Positions 1-9,055 are shown, numbered from the stretch's first letter. The stretch: DNA of 42,904 bases from an uncultured Bacilli bacterium (GCA_944363855.1 CALVVM010000080.1:1-42904), one strand, 5' to 3'. Numbers and translations are program-made. The notes: generated by a model from the letters alone, not told the origin.

Positions 1-68
1 TTCCATATACCAAACTCCCTTTAGTTTTAATGTATAAACATTATATCAAAAGAACATTTGTTTGTAAA
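1..68 (-). other. Start of the next gene (runs off the window), with RBS and sigma-A-like promoter; by synteny probably soj/parA
   Basis: Minus strand AAAGGGAG-N8-ATG GAA (ATG at 6..4); TTTACA(68-63)-17-TATAAT(45-40) with TG extension. Identity rests only on noc-soj-spo0J synteny. Confidence 0.35.
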
Positions 69-134
69 TAGAATTTGTGGGAAATTTTTGTGAAATTACC
101 AAGCACTTTCCTATTATATAAAAAAAATAGAGAA

Positions 135-1676
135 TTATTTCTCTATTTTGAAAATTACTTGATATAGATTTGATAAATCTATTTCTTCTACATCTATTTT
201 AAATCCTAATTGTTCTATCTTACTTGAACATTCTCTTATTGCATTTATTACTTCTTTAAAGTCTACTGCTGATGGCACTGTTCCATATTGTGGCATAACT
301 GGATCATATTGTTTAGAATAATCTGTAACAATAATTGGTTCAGGCATTTTAAATTCTGGAACCACAGGATCTACCGGTGATACTGTTGCTTCTGACGCAT
401 TTAAATTATTATCTCCAAAACTAAATAAATTTTCTGACTGTTGAGTCATTTCTATAGGTTGATTAACTACTGGTGACTCTATGATTGGAGCAGTAACAGG
501 AATTTCTGTCACTACTGGTGTAACTGGTTGGGCCTCTGGCATACTTGGAGCCTTTTCTGGCATTGGTGCTGATACTACATTTCCATTTGCATCAAATTGT
601 ATTCCGCCCATTGTTGGCATCTCTGGTACCACTTGTGTTGGTGCTACTATTGGTGTTTCCATTACTGGTGTAACTGGTTGGGCCTCTGGCATACTTGGAG
701 CCTTTTCTGGCATTGGTACTGATACTACATTTCCATTTGCGTCAAATTGTATTCCACCCATTGTTGGCATCTCTGGTACCACTGGTGTTGGTGCTACTAT
801 TGGTGTTTCCGTTACTGGTGTAACCGGTGTTGTATTAGCTCCACCAAATATATCAAAACTTGGAGCAACTGATTGTTGCACAGGTTCTGGAACTGTATTT
901 ATAACTGGTTGAGGAGATTGAGTATTTGATGGACCAAATATATCAAACCCTGTTGATGGTTGTGGATTTGTCTCAACAGCTGGCATACCAAACATATTAT
1001 TATTCATATCATTTTCCCCTTTTCTTATTATCTTTTGATTATCGTCGTCATCATTATCTTCTACTGATAGATTTTTTATTTTTTCAATTTCTTCATCTGT
1101 TCTTCTAACAGTTAATCTATCACTTATTATTCTATCTAACATTTCATTTTGTTGTTTTGAATTAGTTAATTTTAATAGTGATCTTGCATGTCGCTCAGAT
1201 ATTTTATTTTCAAGAAGTGCTTCTTGGACTTCATCAGAAAGATTTAATAATCTTATCTTATTGGCAACTGCAGATTGACTCTTACCTAATTTAGAAGCTA
1301 GATTTTCTTGAGTTATATATCCCATATCAAGGATTTTTTTATAACTTAATGCTTCTTCTATAGGAGTTAAATTTTTTCTTTGTATATTTTCTATAAGCGC
1401 TATTTCTGCACTATCTTTATCATTTAAGTTTTTAACAATTACTGGCACTGTATCTTTTCCAGCAAGTACACTTGCTTTATATCTTCTTTCTCCAGCAATT
1501 ATTTCGTATTTATCTCCGATAGTTCTTACTACTAAAGGTTGGATAACACCATGTTCTTTTATTGAATCAGATAATTCTAATATTTCTTCTTCATCAAATT
1601 GTATTCTTGGTTGAAATCTATTAGGTAATATTTCATTGATATCTACTTCTATTACCCTAGATGAATTATCATACAT
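135..1676 (-). CDS. noc: Nucleoid occlusion protein Noc (ParB family) with a long Pro/Val/Thr/Glu-rich linker
   Basis: ParB N-domain (PNRFQPR, IAGERR, IENIQR); HTH GKSQSAVANKIRLL..SERHAR has Noc-type rather than Spo0J-type residues; C-terminus resembles the B. subtilis Noc CTD; follows rsmG; NBS-like sites occur in the window. Confidence 0.8.
   Translation of the reverse strand: MYDNSSRVIEVDINEILPNRFQPRIQFDEEEILELSDSIKEHGVIQPLVVRTIGDKYEIIAGERRYKASVLAGKDTVPVIVKNLNDKDSAEIALIENIQRKNLTPIEEALSYKKILDMGYITQENLASKLGKSQSAVANKIRLLNLSDEVQEALLENKISERHARSLLKLTNSKQQNEMLDRIISDRLTVRRTDEEIEKIKNLSVEDNDDDDNQKIIRKGENDMNNNMFGMPAVETNPQPSTGFDIFGPSNTQSPQPVINTVPEPVQQSVAPSFDIFGGANTTPVTPVTETPIVAPTPVVPEMPTMGGIQFDANGNVVSVPMPEKAPSMPEAQPVTPVMETPIVAPTQVVPEMPTMGGIQFDANGNVVSAPMPEKAPSMPEAQPVTPVVTEIPVTAPIIESPVVNQPIEMTQQSENLFSFGDNNLNASEATVSPVDPVVPEFKMPEPIIVTDYSKQYDPVMPQYGTVPSAVDFKEVINAIRECSSKIEQLGFKIDVEEIDLSNLYQVIFKIEK
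511..828. repeat. 150 bp (50 aa) tandem repeat, 2 copies plus a partial third, in the noc linker
   Basis: 511-660 vs 661-810 differ at 5 positions; unit PVTPVTETPIVAPTPVVPEMPTMGGIQFDANGNVVSVPMPEKAPSMPEAQ. Confidence 0.95.
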
Positions 1677-1705
1677 GATATCCCTCCTTTTTATTCTTCA
1701 CTATC

Positions 1706-1772
1706 ATTCTACAACATTTTGGGAAATAATGCAATAAGTTTGGGAAATATTTAAAAATATTTTTGGGAAATA
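1706..1772 (-). promoter_or_regulatory. noc promoter overlapped by three Noc-binding-site half-sites
   Basis: TTGCAT(1734-1729)-17-TAGAAT(1711-1706); TTTGGGAAATA with GGG starting at 1721, 1742, 1765. Confidence 0.55.
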
Positions 1773-1795
1773 ATATAAAATAAAAAGAAAACCTA

Positions 1796-2497
1796 TTATA
1801 AAGGTTTCTTTTTTATCTCACTATATTTTCTGGGAAATAATTTTGAAGTTGATTTTTCTTTTTTTATTTTTATTAAACTTCTATTACTTTCTTCTATTGG
1901 TAATTTAAATTTTACAATATTTCTCAAAGAGCAATCTAATTTTTTTATTGCATTACTATAATCAGGTTCATTTTCTATATTACCTTTCATAGCGATGAAG
2001 TATTTCCCAATTTTTACTAAATTAATACCTAATTCTAAAAGAATGTTTAGAGGCGCTACTGCTCTAGCAGTTACTACATCAAATTTTTCTTTATTAGCAA
2101 CTGCATATTCTTCTATTCTAGAATGAATAGCTGTTATATTTTCTAAACCTAATTCTTTTATAACTATATTTAAAAAATTTATTCTCTTATTTAATGAATC
2201 TATTAAAACAATATTTAAATTAGGATAAAATATTTTTATAACAATACCTGGAAAACCTGCTCCACTACCTAAATCACATAAACTATTTTCTTTATTTAAA
2301 TCTATTATTTTTGATATAGTAAGTGAATCATAGAAATGTTTTAAATATACTTCATCTTTTTCTGTAATACCAGTTAAATTAATCACTTTATTGTATTCAA
2401 TTAGAAGTTCGTAATATTTTTCTAATTGATTTAATTTTTTATCAGTTATTTCTATACCAAGATTTTCTACTTCTTCAATAAATCTATCTTTGTTCAT
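1796..2497 (-). CDS. rsmG: 16S rRNA m7G527 methyltransferase RsmG (GidB)
   Basis: NLTGIT, KHFYDSL, DLGSGAGFPG, VTARAVA motifs; follows mnmG. Confidence 0.97.
   Translation of the reverse strand: MNKDRFIEEVENLGIEITDKKLNQLEKYYELLIEYNKVINLTGITEKDEVYLKHFYDSLTISKIIDLNKENSLCDLGSGAGFPGIVIKIFYPNLNIVLIDSLNKRINFLNIVIKELGLENITAIHSRIEEYAVANKEKFDVVTARAVAPLNILLELGINLVKIGKYFIAMKGNIENEPDYSNAIKKLDCSLRNIVKFKLPIEESNRSLIKIKKEKSTSKLFPRKYSEIKKKPL
1824..1839. promoter_or_regulatory. Noc-binding site (NBS)-like
   Basis: TATTTTCTGGGAAATA, 14/16 match to TATTTCCCGGGAAATA; inside the rsmG 3' end. Confidence 0.5.
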
Positions 2498-4355
2498 AAA
2501 AATATTCCTTCTTTATATATACCATTATTAAAGATATATCTGCTGGATTTACTCCACTAATTCTTAAAGCTTGTCCTATTGATGTAGGTCTTATTTGATT
2601 TAATTTTTGTTTTGCCTCACTTGCAAGATTATGTATTTTATCATAATCTATATCTTCTGGTATTTTTTTATTATCTAAATCTACCATTTTATTAGCTTCT
2701 TCTACTGCTTTTTTAATATATCCTTCATATTTAATATTTATTTCTACTTGCTCTAGTATTTCATTTGAATATTCTTTTTCTATATATTTAGTTAAATTTT
2801 CTAATTTTACTTCTGGTCTTTTTATAAAATTATATAAACTTATCCCATCTTTTAATTCAGGTAAACCAATACTTGTTAAATATTCATTAGTTTCAACTTT
2901 TGGAGTAAGTTTTATATTTTTTAAAGATTCTGTTAATTCTTCTATTTCTTTTTTCTTATTCTCAAACTTATCATATCTTTCCTGATCTACTAAACCAACT
3001 TGATAACCATAATTTCTAAGTCTCATATCTGCATTATCATGTCTTAAAAGTAATCTATATTCAGCACGAGAAGTTAATAATCTATAAGGATCTATTATTC
3101 CCTTAGTTACTAAATCATCTATTAAAACTCCTATATATGCTTCATTTCTTTTAAGTATTAAAGGTTCTTTTCCTTCTAGTTTTAATGATGCATTTATACC
3201 AGCAATTAAACCTTGACAAGCAGCTTCTTCATATCCACTTGTTCCATTTATTTGCCCAGCAGTAAATAGATTTTCTATTACTTTAGTTTCTAATGATTGT
3301 TTTAATTGTTTTGAATCAATAGCATCATACTCTATAGCATAAGCATATTTATTTATTATTGCATTTTCTAACCCTGGTAAACTATGCACCATTCTTTCTT
3401 GTACATCCTTAGGCATACTTGTTGAAAAACCTTGAATATAAATATCATCATAATAAATACTTTCTGGCTCTAAAAATAATTGATGTCTTTCTTTATCAGC
3501 AAATCTAACTACCTTATCTTCTATAGATGGACAATATCTTGGACCTACACCTTTTATATCATCAAGACCACCATACATACTTGATTTATTTAAATTTTCT
3601 CTTATTATTTCATGTGTTTCTGGTTGAGTATAAATCAAATGGCATGGTATTTGTTTATCTTTGTCATAATAAATTTCATTATCAAAACTAAATGTCCAAT
3701 TTTTATCATCACCATATTCTACTTTAGTTTTTGAATAATCTATTGAACTTTTTTCTATTCTTTGAGGAGTACCTGTTTTAAGTCTTATAATATTAAATCC
3801 ATATTCTTTTAATTTTTCACTCAAATGATTACTAGGCTTTTCTCCATGTGGACCTTGTCTAGTTCTAGTATCTCCTATTAATATATCTGCTTTTAAGTAT
3901 GTTCCTGTTGTAAGTATTACTGCATCACTATATATTTCTATTCCATCTTCTAACCTTATACCTTTTATCTTATTATCTTCAACAATTAAATCTTCTACTA
4001 TTGCTTCTTTTATTTCTAAGTTAGGTGTGCTATTTAATGTTTCAATCATATTTTTAGGGTATGTTATTTTATCGGCTTGAGCTCTTAGTGCCCTAACAGC
4101 AGGACCTTTTGCACTGTTAAGCATCTTTATTTGTAGTAAACTTTTATCAGCATTACGACCCATTTCTCCACCTAATGCATCTATTTCTCTTACTACAATA
4201 CCTTTCGCACTTCCACCTATTGATGGATTACAAGGCATGTCTGCTATATTTTTTATATTACCTGTTACAAGTAATGTTTTATGTCCTTTACGAGCACAAG
4301 CTAAACTTGCTTCACACCCAGCATGACCTCCACCTACTACTATAATTTCATACAT
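2484..4355 (-). CDS. mnmG: tRNA uridine-5-carboxymethylaminomethyl modification enzyme MnmG (GidA)
   Basis: GGGHAGCEA, CNPSIGG, GPRYCPSIEDK, GQINGTSGYEEAA; start moved to ATG 4355 after AGGTGA RBS. Confidence 0.98.
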   Translation of the reverse strand: MYEIIVVGGGHAGCEASLACARKGHKTLLVTGNIKNIADMPCNPSIGGSAKGIVVREIDALGGEMGRNADKSLLQIKMLNSAKGPAVRALRAQADKITYPKNMIETLNSTPNLEIKEAIVEDLIVEDNKIKGIRLEDGIEIYSDAVILTTGTYLKADILIGDTRTRQGPHGEKPSNHLSEKLKEYGFNIIRLKTGTPQRIEKSSIDYSKTKVEYGDDKNWTFSFDNEIYYDKDKQIPCHLIYTQPETHEIIRENLNKSSMYGGLDDIKGVGPRYCPSIEDKVVRFADKERHQLFLEPESIYYDDIYIQGFSTSMPKDVQERMVHSLPGLENAIINKYAYAIEYDAIDSKQLKQSLETKVIENLFTAGQINGTSGYEEAACQGLIAGINASLKLEGKEPLILKRNEAYIGVLIDDLVTKGIIDPYRLLTSRAEYRLLLRHDNADMRLRNYGYQVGLVDQERYDKFENKKKEIEELTESLKNIKLTPKVETNEYLTSIGLPELKDGISLYNFIKRPEVKLENLTKYIEKEYSNEILEQVEINIKYEGYIKKAVEEANKMVDLDNKKIPEDIDYDKIHNLASEAKQKLNQIRPTSIGQALRISGVNPADISLIMVYIKKEYFYEQR

Positions 4356-4455
4356 ATTATCACCTAACTTTCGTGTTTCTTGCAATATTATACTATCTTT
4401 TTTTTATTTTAACAATAAATATTTTTTTAAATAAAAAAAGTATACACTAAGTATA

Positions 4456-4749
4456 CTAAATTTTTTCTACTAAATCTGCTACACCTGATGAAAAATCACA
4501 AATAGAATTTTGTATTGAATTGATAAATACTATAATTGCTTCTGAAAAATCATCTTCTGTATAATTACTGTTTTCTAAATCTAAAAGTTCTTTATTAGTT
4601 ATTAATTCATTTTTTATACCTGCAGTTTCACATAAATTATTTGTAAATCCAGATAAAAGTTTTAGTTGGTCATAAATTATTTTTTGTTTTTCTTTCAATG
4701 ATAGATTCTTAAAATAATCCATATATTCTTGAAAATTTTCATTATTCAT
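4456..4749 (-). CDS. Hypothetical acidic protein (97 aa)
   Basis: ORF with AGGTGA RBS overlapping the upstream stop; no recognisable motif; hairpin plus U-tract at ~4434-4457. Confidence 0.7.
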   Translation of the reverse strand: MNNENFQEYMDYFKNLSLKEKQKIIYDQLKLLSGFTNNLCETAGIKNELITNKELLDLENSNYTEDDFSEAIIVFINSIQNSICDFSSGVADLVEKI

Positions 4750-4753
4750 ATTA

Positions 4754-5260
4754 TCACCTAAATAATTTATTTAATTCTTCACTTACTTGTTCCTGTTGTT
4801 GTTCATTTAATTGATTTGCAGCTTTATTCCATAGTTGTTGAAATTTTTTATATTGTCCATTCATTTTTGCAATAGTTTGTTTTAATTTTCCCATCGCAAA
4901 AAATCTGTGTTGAGCATCATATCTAGCAGCAAGTGCTTGAGATTTTGTTTCCATCTCTTTTCCACCAGCTGTATACCCGTACTTTGGTATTTGACTTTCT
5001 CTTATAAATTCTTGTCTTTCTCTTTCTGCTTGAGCATTTTTTGCATAATTTTCTATTTTTCTATCTAATTCTTTTATTTCATCTATAAGTCTATAAGCTT
5101 TACTTGTGTCAGTATATTCATTATAAGAATACGAATCTGATTTATGTTGATCTTGGATTCCAGCAGCCCAAGGAGTTGATCCATGTTTTTTTATTGTTAT
5201 TTTTTCAAGATCATATTCAGCTTGTCTTTTTCTGTTTTTTAAACTTTCTAAACTCTCCAT
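4754..5260 (-). CDS. Hypothetical coiled-coil-rich protein (168 aa)
   Basis: AGGAGG RBS and own promoter; no recognisable motif. Confidence 0.75.
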   Translation of the reverse strand: MESLESLKNRKRQAEYDLEKITIKKHGSTPWAAGIQDQHKSDSYSYNEYTDTSKAYRLIDEIKELDRKIENYAKNAQAERERQEFIRESQIPKYGYTAGGKEMETKSQALAARYDAQHRFFAMGKLKQTIAKMNGQYKKFQQLWNKAANQLNEQQQEQVSEELNKLFR

Positions 5261-5285
5261 ATATTAACCTCCTATTATTACTTTA

Positions 5286-5314
5286 AGTTTAGCACGTTTT
5301 TATTTTAAATACAA
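5286..5314 (-). promoter_or_regulatory. Sigma-A-like promoter for the two-gene insert
   Basis: TTGTAT-17-TAAACT with TG extension. Confidence 0.5.
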
Positions 5315-5321
5315 AACTTTT

Positions 5322-5346
5322 AAAAAAAATACACTTTTAAGTGTAT
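5322..5346 (-). terminator. Intrinsic terminator after mnmE
   Basis: ATACACT-TAAA-AGTGTAT followed by a U-run on the minus strand. Confidence 0.55.
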
Positions 5347-5363
5347 AAAAAGTGTAAATTTTA

Positions 5364-6713
5364 TTATTTTCCTAAACAAAATTGACTAAATAATTGATCT
5401 ATAAGTTCATCAGTGTATGTCTCACCTATTATTTCTCCAAGTGTAGACCACATTTGTTTCAAATCTATTTCTACCATATCTACTGGCATATTATTTTTAA
5501 TACCTGTTTTAACTGCATCTAAACTTTCTAATGATTTTTTTAGAAGTGATATTGAACGAGCACTACTTAGATAAGTATAATCATTTTGTTCTATTTGTTC
5601 TAAATTAAACATTTCTTTAATCTTATTTCTTAATTCATCAATGCCAACATTATCTTTTACTGACATTTGAATATAATTTGATAATTCATTTAAATCAAGT
5701 TTATTTTCTAAATCTATTTTGTTAACTATTACTATATGATTTTTATCTTTAATTTTTTCTAATATTTCTTTTTCTTCTTTAATTAATTCTTCATTATTAT
5801 TTAAAACATATAATATTAAGTCAGCTTCATTTATTAAATCAAGACTTTTCTTAACTCCTATACTTTCTACTACATCATCAGTTTTTCTAATACCTGCTGT
5901 ATCTATCATATTAAGAACTATTCCATCTATTTGAACATTTCCTTCTACAATATCTCTTGTAGTTCCGGCTATATCAGTAACAATAGCTTTCTCTTCATTA
6001 AGAAGTCTATTTAATATACTACTTTTTCCTACGTTAGGACTTCCTATTATTATTGTTTTAATTCCTTCTTTAATTAATTTACTATCTTCTGAATGTCTTA
6101 ATATGTTTTTTATTTCTTTTTCTATTGAATCTATATTAGTTAAAATCATACTATTATTCATTTCTTCTATATCTTCATATTCTGGATAATCTATATTAAC
6201 TTCTATATTAGCTAAAATTTCTATTACCTTTTGTCTTAAATCTTTAATAAGTTTAGATACTTCACCATTTACTTGACTTATAGCAAGTTTTCTAGATTTC
6301 TCAGTTTTAGAATTTATTAAATCCATTACCCCTTCTGCTTCTATTAAATCTATTCTACCATTTAAGAAAGCTCTTTTAGTAAATTCTCCGGGTTCAGCAA
6401 GTCTACATCCATTAAGTAATAATAACTCCAATACTTTATTTGTTATAGCTATACCACCATGAGTATTTATTTCTACTACATCCTCTCTAGTAAAGGTTTT
6501 TGGAGCACGCATTATACTTACTAAAACTTCATCTATTATATTTTCATTATCTATAATATGTCCATAAGTTATAGTATGACTATCTACTTTAGTTAAATCT
6601 TTTCCTTTAAATATTTTTTTAACTATATTTATTGAATCATTTCCACTTACTCTTATTATAGATATAGCACCTACACCCATTGTAGTTGAAATTGCAGCTA
6701 TTGTATCATTCAT
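5364..6713 (-). CDS. mnmE: tRNA modification GTPase MnmE (TrmE)
   Basis: DTIAAIST, FTREDVVEINTHGG, GSPNVGKSS, GTTRD, DTAG, C-terminal FCLGK; start at ATG 6713. Confidence 0.98.
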   Translation of the reverse strand: MNDTIAAISTTMGVGAISIIRVSGNDSINIVKKIFKGKDLTKVDSHTITYGHIIDNENIIDEVLVSIMRAPKTFTREDVVEINTHGGIAITNKVLELLLLNGCRLAEPGEFTKRAFLNGRIDLIEAEGVMDLINSKTEKSRKLAISQVNGEVSKLIKDLRQKVIEILANIEVNIDYPEYEDIEEMNNSMILTNIDSIEKEIKNILRHSEDSKLIKEGIKTIIIGSPNVGKSSILNRLLNEEKAIVTDIAGTTRDIVEGNVQIDGIVLNMIDTAGIRKTDDVVESIGVKKSLDLINEADLILYVLNNNEELIKEEKEILEKIKDKNHIVIVNKIDLENKLDLNELSNYIQMSVKDNVGIDELRNKIKEMFNLEQIEQNDYTYLSSARSISLLKKSLESLDAVKTGIKNNMPVDMVEIDLKQMWSTLGEIIGETYTDELIDQLFSQFCLGK

Positions 6714-6776
6714 ATAATCACTTCCCAACACGTATATAATATCAAAAAAATAAAAAAAAATATACCTTTTGGTATA

Positions 6777-7373
6777 TTATTTTTCTACATATCTAATTAC
6801 TACATATCTTTCTGGTTCTTCACCGAAACTTTCAGTTTCAATATTGTAGTATTCACTAGATACTGAATGAACTATTCTTCTTTGATATGAATTCATTGGA
6901 TCTAATTTTACTTCATCTTTTGATTTCATAACATCATTTATTATATTTTTAATATTTTTTTCAAAGAATCTTTCTCTTTTTACTTTGTAATTAGAAGCAT
7001 CTAAATTAACTTTTACATTGAATTTAATTTGATTACTAAGTGCTTGTCTAAGTAATACTTGTAAAGATTTTAATGTTCTTCCTTCTTTTCCAATTAATAT
7101 TGGATTATTATTTGAAAACATTTTAGCAGTAAATATTCCATCTTCTTCTGTTATTTCAATACGTGCTTTAACTCCCATATCTGTAGTAGTTTTAGTTAAA
7201 AATTCATTTATATATTCTTCTACATCTGATTTTTTAACTACTTCCATATGATATGCATTTTCTTCTTCATATTCTTTTGTTAAGATTTCATTATTATAAA
7301 CATCTAATTCTTCTAAACATTTAATTCTACAGTTTTCTTCTGTATCACTTTCAAATTTATAAACTTTTACCAT
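6777..7373 (-). CDS. jag: Jag/KhpB (EloR) RNA-binding protein, KH + R3H
   Basis: LIGKEGRTLKSLQ (KH), LDPMNSYQRRIVH (R3H), SFGEEPERYVVI; yidC-jag-mnmE synteny. Confidence 0.93.
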   Translation of the reverse strand: MVKVYKFESDTEENCRIKCLEELDVYNNEILTKEYEEENAYHMEVVKKSDVEEYINEFLTKTTTDMGVKARIEITEEDGIFTAKMFSNNNPILIGKEGRTLKSLQVLLRQALSNQIKFNVKVNLDASNYKVKRERFFEKNIKNIINDVMKSKDEVKLDPMNSYQRRIVHSVSSEYYNIETESFGEEPERYVVIRYVEK

Positions 7374-7374
7374 A

Positions 7375-8370
7375 TTATTTATTTCCTTTCTTAACTAGTA
7401 AGTTTTGACCAATCCCTAATAAACTATTAACCACCCAATATATAATGATTGCAACTGACATACTAAATGAAGTTACAAATATCATTACTACCATTATATT
7501 AAACATCATATTCATTTGTTTAATTTGATTATTTGGTTGAGCTGTTTTATTCATTTTAAATGAGAAATATGTAACAAGTCCAACTATTACTGGTAATATT
7601 AAGTAATACCAATCACCTTGTCCTGCAGCTGCAAGTGGTGTAATTCCCATATGAAAACCTAAGAACTTACCTTCAAAAAGAAGTGGTAAACGATATAAAG
7701 CTTCATAGAATGCAAAGAATATAGGAATTTGTAAGAAACTAGTTAAACATCCAGACATAGGATTTATTTTATATTCTTTATAAACAGCCATCATTTCATT
7801 AGATTTCATCATCATTGATTCTTGATCTGTTTTACCTGCATATTTTTTTTCAATCTTATTTAATTTAGGTTGAACTTTTTTTATTACTTCACTTTGTTTT
7901 AATGATTTATATGTTAATGGGAATAATACTAATTTAATTAATATTGTTATTAATACGATTGCTAAACCATAATTTTTAACTAATTTTCCTAATTGTACAA
8001 TTACCCAAGCTAAAGGTTTAACAAATATACTTGTCCAAATTGATTCATATCCACCTGATGTAATAGACATTTCAGTACATACAGGTAATTCTTCTATATC
8101 TAGAAGTTTATCAACTTGTTTTTTATGTTCTTTTTTAGATATTTCTCCATCTTCCAATAATTTATCTAAATCATTTTTCTTTTCTTCTATTGCTTCTTCG
8201 TATGTATCTTTTAAATCTACTGGTTTACATAAAATATTTTCTACTAATGTTTGTTTTGTTGTTTCATCTTGGATTACTTTTCCTTCTGCATCTTTAAATT
8301 GCTTAGTACATCCAGTAATTAAAAACATTAAAGCAATTACTACTATTAATAATTTTTTATTTTTTTTCAT
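7375..8370 (-). CDS. yidC: Membrane protein insertase YidC/SpoIIIJ
   Basis: Lipobox LITGC, GLAIVLITILIK, NPMSGCL..QIPIF, YWVVNS. Confidence 0.95.
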   Translation of the reverse strand: MKKNKKLLIVVIALMFLITGCTKQFKDAEGKVIQDETTKQTLVENILCKPVDLKDTYEEAIEEKKNDLDKLLEDGEISKKEHKKQVDKLLDIEELPVCTEMSITSGGYESIWTSIFVKPLAWVIVQLGKLVKNYGLAIVLITILIKLVLFPLTYKSLKQSEVIKKVQPKLNKIEKKYAGKTDQESMMMKSNEMMAVYKEYKINPMSGCLTSFLQIPIFFAFYEALYRLPLLFEGKFLGFHMGITPLAAAGQGDWYYLILPVIVGLVTYFSFKMNKTAQPNNQIKQMNMMFNIMVVMIFVTSFSMSVAIIIYWVVNSLLGIGQNLLVKKGNK

Positions 8371-8707
8371 CTGTTTTCTCCTTTATTATATTTAAGTTAT
8401 TTAAGGCAATTAATAAATTATTTTCCTTTTCTTCATAAGTTCTTTCATTAATTCCCCTACCAACTATTATAATACAATTGAAATTATTTTGATAGTCTTT
8501 TTTATCAATTATAGATTTTAATTGTCTTTTAATTTTATTTCTATTAACTGCATTTCCTATTTTTTTACCTACAGATAATCCAAACTTATATAAATCATTA
8601 GTATTTCTTTCTATATATATAATATAGTCTTTATATTTATATGGTTTGTTGCCTTTTATTATTCTATCAAAATCTCGACTATTTTTTAAAATATTGATTT
8701 TTTTCAT
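8357..8707 (-). CDS. rnpA: Ribonuclease P protein component
   Basis: FGLSVGKKIGNAVNRNKIKRQL (RNR motif). Confidence 0.96.
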   Translation of the reverse strand: MKKINILKNSRDFDRIIKGNKPYKYKDYIIYIERNTNDLYKFGLSVGKKIGNAVNRNKIKRQLKSIIDKKDYQNNFNCIIIVGRGINERTYEEKENNLLIALNNLNIIKEKTDEKK

Positions 8708-8725
8708 TTACTCACCTACTTTGTA

Positions 8726-8752
8726 AAAATAAAACCACTGACGAATCAGTGG
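8726..8752 (-). terminator. Terminator/attenuator between rpmH and rnpA
   Basis: CCACUGA-UUCG-UCAGUGG followed by UUUUAUUUUU. Confidence 0.75.
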
Positions 8753-8756
8753 ATTA

Positions 8757-8879
8757 TTAATGAGATAAAACTTTACGTCCTTTTCTTCTTCTTCTATTAA
8801 CAATTTTAGTTTTCATTCTAGCCATGAATCCTAATTTTTTACTTTTTCTATGATTATTTGGTTGATATGTTCTTTTCAT
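8757..8879 (-). CDS. rpmH: 50S ribosomal protein L34 (40 aa; not in the ORF track)
   Basis: [40 protein letters not shown]; GGAGGT RBS; divergent from dnaA. Confidence 0.95.
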   Translation of the reverse strand: MKRTYQPNNHRKSKKLGFMARMKTKIVNRRRRKGRKVLSH

Positions 8880-8923
8880 TCGTTACACCTCCATCACTTA
8901 TAATTTTTCTGCTTGCTTTATAG

Positions 8924-8952
8924 ATTATATATTTTTTTTATGATTTTGTCAA
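8924..8952 (-). promoter_or_regulatory. rpmH sigma-A promoter
   Basis: Perfect TTGACA-17-TATAAT. Confidence 0.8.
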
Positions 8953-9024
8953 TTATTTTTATAGGGTTTTTTATTTTAGTTGTAATTAATATTTAGTAGT
9001 ACCCTACTTTTTTATAAAATTTAA

Positions 9025-9040
9025 TATTTCCCAGGAATTA
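9025..9040. promoter_or_regulatory. NBS-like site at the edge of oriC
   Basis: TATTTCCCAGGAATTA, 14/16 match to the NBS consensus. Confidence 0.5.
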
Positions 9041-9055
9041 ATTAAAAAATATAAG

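Noticed and set aside
481-912. 143 aa plus-strand ORF
   Set aside because: Antisense shadow of the Pro/Val/Thr-rich noc repeat; no RBS
135-1676. Calling this gene spo0J/parB, the binder of the parS cluster
   Set aside because: Recognition residues (Q..K, SERHAR), CTD and position after rsmG fit Noc; the cognate ParB is probably just outside the window
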